Source: Macrostomum lignano
Taxonomy: Eukaryota
Assembly (NCBI GenBank): GCA_002269645.1
Contig: NIVC01000199.1
Location: forward strand, 558,001-622,000
Direction of reading: 5' to 3'
DNA: 64,000 nucleotides
Part shown: positions 58,176 to 64,000 of the stretch, piece after piece
How the letters are laid out: each line of letters begins with the position of its first letter
How positions within the stretch are numbered: position 1 is the first letter of the stretch
Program-made: the position numbers and the translations under genes
The notes under the pieces: generated by a model
Told to the model about the DNA's origin: nothing
The model's database searches: none
What the model saw: only the letters and a program-made list of their open reading frames with translations

Positions 58176-60936
58176 TTTTATACAAACCAAGGCAACACTG
58201 CGGGGAACCAAAAAATGGCGGGAAACACCAAGAAAAAAATGACTTCGCCGTCGACCAATGCTTATCGGCGAAAAATTAACTGGATGGCTATTTTAATCCC
58301 TGCTAAGCAAGCATATCCAAGTGTAAATTCTGCTTAAATAGGTATCTCTAGGTCAAGAGTATTTTAGGAACAAAAAACTGTCTGACTGTCACATGGGGCA
58401 AGCAAAACTGATCGTACGTTGTATTGCACTGGTACTTTTTTAAATGTTCAAAATTTTTATTGCCGTGTTCGTCTACAAAAAAACAAAACGAACGCCTTAA
58501 TTTTATAATACTAGTTGATGCACTCATTAGTAAACCATTAGAATATATAAAACTAAAATTTGCTAAGCTTCAACATACTGAAAAGTAGATTCGCGGTTGT
58601 GTCTGGACTAATCTTGTCAAACTTTTTTGTAAAGGCGGCAAAGCAAATTTGCGTTAATTCCAGGAAGCGAATTTTTACTGTTATGCAGCGGAAGTTTAAT
58701 ATGATCAACAGTAAATTCGTATATCGGGTTAGGGAATGGCTAAAGCTAATGCATTTGTATTGTATGAGTATGACATGATAGCATATTTCCTATATGGCTA
58801 GGCTCTACTAAAGTATAGATAGTATAATTTATTCACCAAATTTAAATTGAAATTTAGTGCATGACATCAATTAGCCATGCAACGTTTAGCAATTAGCAAT
58901 AAGTAATGTTACCACAAGCATTGGATCAGGAAGCTAATCCTCTTGCATATATATTTTTGGGATGTTGGCTAGCCAACATGCATAATAATGTATTATATTA
59001 TTATACTATTATGCAAGCTATTTCACCTATTTGAATACATACATGTAGGTTTTTTGTAAACATTTTTGCACTAAAATATTCTAACTGAATTATACCTAAT
59101 GGAAAGTAAAATATTCTATTTCAAGTATTGCTCTCAACCCTATTTCCTTTTTATATTTTTATAACTCTTGGCAATATTGAACTATAATTATAAATAATTA
59201 ACTTTGTAGACACTGTTTATACTAATTGTTGTAGGAAATATAATGAGTTTTATTATAAATTATGATAAAAATAGCAATATATATTATAGCTACAATATAG
59301 CATAGAATAGTTGCAAAATAATTTTTTAGTTGTGCTCCTTAAAGACTTAAATATCTTAATTTCTTTATTTTTTATTCAAAACAATTATTGTTATAATTAG
59401 CATAATTGAACTTTTACTTTATTTGCATTAAAATTAATAATTAAAAGTGTTTTTTGTTTTAGGAACTTTTTATTCTAGGAAAGAATGCTTTCTAAAGGCT
59501 GAATTCTAAATATTTCAAATGGTATTTTAATAAAGGTCTATTATAATTTTTTAAATCTTATTGTATTCCTAAATCTTAAATCCTTAACCTATAGGGTGCA
59601 CAGGGTATACTATTAATATATAGGTCCTTTTTGCATGGATTAGGACACTAATGCTCACAATTTCCTAGAGTCTATAGGATTGGAATCTATCAATGTGACC
59701 ATCAGTGCCAATCACTTTTAGCAACTCATTAGGATGCAAAAGCTAGTAAATACTAAATACAATATATTAAAATCTTCCTCTAACCTAGCTAAGTTGGCAT
59801 TGAGACACATGAACTTTCCATAGCCCTTAGGCAACTAGAAAAAATAACATAGCAACACACATGGCTAGCAATAATAGCTAATACCTAAGGCTAAGATGAA
59901 CTAATGAGCCTTTTTGATCTTTGTTTATTTAATTGAGTACCAATATGGCAATAAATATAACTCTTATTATTGTATAAAAAACCTTTGTTATAGCTAGCCA
60001 ACCAGCTCACAAAGGGAAAGCAACACAAATATTTTTGCCTAGCTCAGCCAATCAATGACAAAACATTTTGATAAAAAGGAAAAGCTAGTTGCAACCAATC
60101 AGAAATATGATAAACAATAAAATAGTCTATGAGACATAGCAAATGAAAAATAGTAACATAAAAGAACTAAAAGGGGGTGTAAACTACTGGAAAAAGCTAT
60201 AAATTCAAAGCCAACTATGCCATCCATTACCAAATTACCATGGGATTATTCACAACTAAAGGACAGGGCCCCCTTGCAGAGTAATAAAGTGCAACCTACA
60301 ATATTCTCAAAAAATCTAAACATGTGTATTTTTATTAATTATTATCATCAAAATTTCTGAAATAGGTAATAAAATAGAATATGTTTTATCTTACATTTGT
60401 GCTATTATCTCTATAAGTTTTTAATTGATAAATTAAGGTTTACTATTTAATAAATTCTAGAATGTAGCAGAGACTACTTGCAGTAAATATCATAAATCTG
60501 AGTTAATGATCTTGTGTAAACTATTGTTTGATAGAAAGCTTAGTATTAATTTTTTATATTTTCTTGTACTATAAGATTTGTTGTTTGTCAAAAGTTTTTA
60601 GAAGAATATAAGGAAATTCTAAACAAATGTACTTTATCATATAGATTTCTCTGGGTGCAGTAAATGAGTATGTTTATGCATCTAGTCTAGGATTTTAAAT
60701 TCTGTGGCTCATGGGGGGGTTGCTGAGATGCCAAGAGTCAATTGAAAGTTGTTGGTAAGCCAAGGCAAAGGCAGATCAAAGGGACAGGGGTCAAAATTTA
60801 CATGTAAATTATGAAACAATCAATTCCTTTCTCTGTTGTTAGTGAGTACAGCACGCATCTACGGTTCCAACGTCCTTAATCTAATGAACTATCTGGCATT
60901 CGAAGTAATCTGTTTGACCTCCTTTGACCACTCTTC

Positions 60937-63748
60937 ATGGCTCGGTCTGCCATTGACACCTCCAGCGTGTTCACCGCCGATTCTGGCATTGTGACACGCG
61001 GCCGGCACAATCCGCTGCACAGAGCTGCATCGCACAACCAGTCTCTCAATCAGTCTTGGAATGGTGCACCGCCCGAGCTAAGCGGCTCCCAGCAGCAGCT
61101 GCCTGACGATGCCACGGTGCTCAGTGGCCAGACTGGCACTGTGGTCACCGCGTCGAGACTGGGCCCGGGCTCCACTCGCTACACTGCAGGCTCCATTCGG
61201 GCACCATCCAGGGCCACCACCGGGTCAATTTATCGGAGAAAACGCGAGAGAATGTTTAAAATATTGTCTGGCCTGCTGATTGCTTTTGGATCGATTATTG
61301 CCATCTTCGAGATCTTTGCGCTTGGGTGAGTGAGACTGTTTTTCACTCTGGATTTCTCTAGTATTCCGTTCTGATGTTTGAGTAGTGTCTGCTTCAATTC
61401 CAAATTAAAATCGCCAATCAAGCCCTGATCTCACACTGAGAATCGCCCTGATCTCACACTGAGAATCGCCCTGATCTCACACTGAGAATCGCCCTGATCT
61501 CACACTGAGAATCGCCCTGATCTCACACTGAGAATCGCCCTGATCTCACACTGAGAATCGCCCTGATCTCACACTGAGAATCGCCCTGATCTCACACTGA
61601 GAATCGCCCTGATCTCACACTGAGAATCGCCCTGATCTCACACTGAGAATCGCCCTGATCTCACACCGAGAGCGGCCCTTACCCGCAGGTTCAAGCGAGA
61701 CTACCAGGTGTACGGCAGCGGTATCTGGGTCGGCCTGCCCACCATAGCACTGGCAGGCCTCACACTGGCCAGCATAGGCAGAGGCCGGCAGTTCAATATC
61801 GCCCTGCTAGTCTGTGCCGCACTGCTGCTGCCAGTGCTAGCGGCAGGCCTAGCCATATCAGGCTACGAGTTGAACTTAGCCATGGTGAAGCTGTACGATA
61901 TGCAATCCAAACAGGGCGGCTCAACCAATGACTGCGGCAGCTGTGGAGAATTAGTCATGACCAAATGCAGCTTTGCTATTGTACTGTTCGTTGTGTCTGT
62001 GGTGTTCGTCTGTCTGATCATCTACAGGCTGAGCGTGAAACTGTGCGCCTGCTGCAAGCCCAGCCCGGAGGAGCTGAAGAAGAACGCCCTGACCCAGTCA
62101 GCTATCGATCAGCATAATCAAAGTTTAAGAGGCTCCAAGCCGCCGAGTGTTTATGCGCCAAGTGTTCGGTCGTATGCTCAGTCTCAGATTAGTCAGAGCG
62201 TGCCGGACCTGTATCCGGTACGGGGACTTGCTTACATGCTAATTGCTTTTGTGATAATTGCTCACAGTCTCATTGGGAATATTTGGGGCTCACACAGACT
62301 CTCATTGGGAATATCTGGGGCTCACACAGACTCTCATTGGGAATATTTAGGGCTCACACAGACTCTCATTGGGAATATTTAGGGCTCACACAGACTCTCA
62401 TTGGGAATATTTAGGGCTCACACAGACTCTCATTGGGAATATCTGGGGCTCACACAGACTCTCATTGGGAATATCTGGGGCTCACACAGACTCTCATTGG
62501 GAATATCTGGGGCTCACACAGACTCTCATTGGGAATATTTAGGGCTTACACAGACTCTCATTGGGAATATTTAGGGCTGACACAGACTCTCATTGGGAAT
62601 ATTTAGGGCTCACACAGACTCTCATTTGGAATATTTAGGGCTCACACAGACTCTCATTGGGAATATCTGGGGCTCACACAGACTCTCATTGGGAATATCT
62701 GGGACTCACACAGACTCTCATTGGGAATATCTGGGACTCACGCACTGTCTCATTGGGGAAATATTCACAGATACTAAAATATCTAGATGGGCCACTCTAG
62801 TTATTCTAGTCTAGTATATATTCTAGTTATATTATTCTCACCACTTGCGTGTAAGCTACTTTCAGTTCAGTAGTAGGTTAGACAGAAGCATTTTAATGTA
62901 CTTTTAAAGCCAAGACATTCATTGGCTCTTACCCCCCCACTAGCTTAAACCCTCCAACCGCGCCTTTCCCACTACCCACTCGCCCCAATTTTTATTGCCT
63001 TTCTCGGAATTCCAGCCTAAAGCTGCCATGTACATTTCAGTGGACTGGCCAATGTACATTCTGGCTAAACCAATTAGCAAGTCGTTTACGCCTGCAAGCT
63101 TGGGCTTCTAAACTTATCAAGGCTATTTCAGCTGCCTTTAATTTTATAAAATAGCTTATCTACTCGCATTCTTCTATGCTACTGAACTGAAAGTAGAAAG
63201 CTGCTTTACTAAGTATGTGTGCCTGAGTGGCCCATCTAGTTATTGTAGTATCTGTGATAATATTTGGGACTCACACAGCTGATCTTTGAAACTCGAAGCA
63301 ACGATCCCAGCTCAAGCCAGACTCGCGCTAAATCTCCCCGCCCCCGCAGCCCCGGGCGCCCAGCCAGTCGGCCAGCCAGTACCTGTACGACCCGAGGGCC
63401 TCCGGCGCTTCGCCAATGCCCCCGCCCCAGCCGCAGCAGCAGCCGCCGCAGCCGCAGAGGCAGCCGATGCCTCAGGCCAAGCCTCGCAGCTCCGTGGCAA
63501 CCAGCAGCCTGGCCGATCTGCCGCTGTCTAGGAATCAGCCGCCGCCAGCGCCGAAGCCTCCGCCGCCGCCGCAGGCGCTGCAAGCTCAGCCGATCTTGAC
63601 TTCGAAGCCGCAGAATCGCAAGCCGCAGCAGCAGGCTCAGCAACAGCAGCGGCCGCCGCCGCAGCAGCTGGCCTCCCAGCGGGTCAGCCGGCCAACATCC
63701 GGCTACCGACAGCGCTCCAGTTCTGGCAAGAGAGTTCCTCGGAATTAG
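60937..63748 (+). CDS. Four-pass membrane protein, MS4A/CD20-like, with a long Pro/Gln-rich C-terminal tail (438 aa)
   Basis: Exons 60937-61325, 61689-62217, 63350-63748 (phases 2 and 0 consistent). Four hydrophobic segments, a YGSGIWVG motif at the start of TM2, a CGSC in the second loop and a CACC cluster after TM4. The family call comes from topology and motif resemblance only. Confidence 0.6.
61422..61672. repeat. 23-bp minisatellite GCCCTGATCTCACACTGAGAATC
   Basis: About 10-11 copies in the intron of the MS4A-like gene. Confidence 0.95.
62265..62762. repeat. 32-bp minisatellite CTCATTGGGAATATTTAGGGCTCACACAGACT
   Basis: About 15 copies in the intron of the MS4A-like gene. Confidence 0.95.
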
Positions 63749-63899
63749 TAACGCGACGAAATATTGGGGTTAGCTGAGGCGAGAGAGGCATGCTGGTGGC
63801 ACAGTTATATCCTCCCACATCCAGCACCAATGCTGAGCCATGTAGTAGCTGAGGTATGTACACTCTCTGTGCCTTTGCGGTTGGCCCTCACATGGCTGT

Positions 63900-64000
63900 C
63901 TGTGAATAGCCCACCAACCCCCCTGAGTCAGTTTTTCGTGTACACACAAGCCCCAGATGTGACCGCGCACCGATTCGAACCAAGGACCGCATAGCTGCCC
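63900..64000 (-). mobile_element. Possible tRNA-related SINE head, truncated by the window end
   Basis: The minus strand carries a perfect B-box GGTTCGAATC (about 63971-63980). The A-box would lie beyond the window. Confidence 0.3.

Overview
Eukaryotic (animal) genomic DNA with compact GC-rich exons and introns packed with micro- and minisatellites. The style resembles a free-living flatworm such as Macrostomum; this is an inference, not verified. Five intron-containing genes were reconstructed by hand with GT-AG junctions and consistent phases. (1) The 3' part of a cGMP-dependent protein kinase (+, 437-13681), with a probable alternative first exon and a 1-nt frameshift in its last exon. (2) A complete full-length ABCB1/P-glycoprotein (+, 18926-29336, 13 exons, 1304 aa). 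(3) A Slo1/BK-type K+ channel (-, 39476-31735, 17 coding exons, ~1100 aa) with an intact Ca2+ bowl but a degenerate S4. (4) A divergent ETS transcription factor (+, 52217-53839). (5) A four-TM MS4A/CD20-like protein (+, 60937-63748). The rest comprises about 25 different tandem arrays, two copies of a tRNA-derived SINE, a mariner-derived foldback element, two decayed LINEs and an LTR/promoter-like segment. The most notable oddities are ABCB exon 3 bracketed by ~600-bp inverted minisatellite arms, a ~2-kb CpG-free domain matching a predicted first intron, the BK channel lacking its main S4 gating arginine, and a candidate single-CNB PKG isoform. No CRISPR array, rRNA or true tRNA gene was found. 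All alignments to reference proteins were done from memory without tools, and most long ORFs in the supplied track are repeat artefacts.
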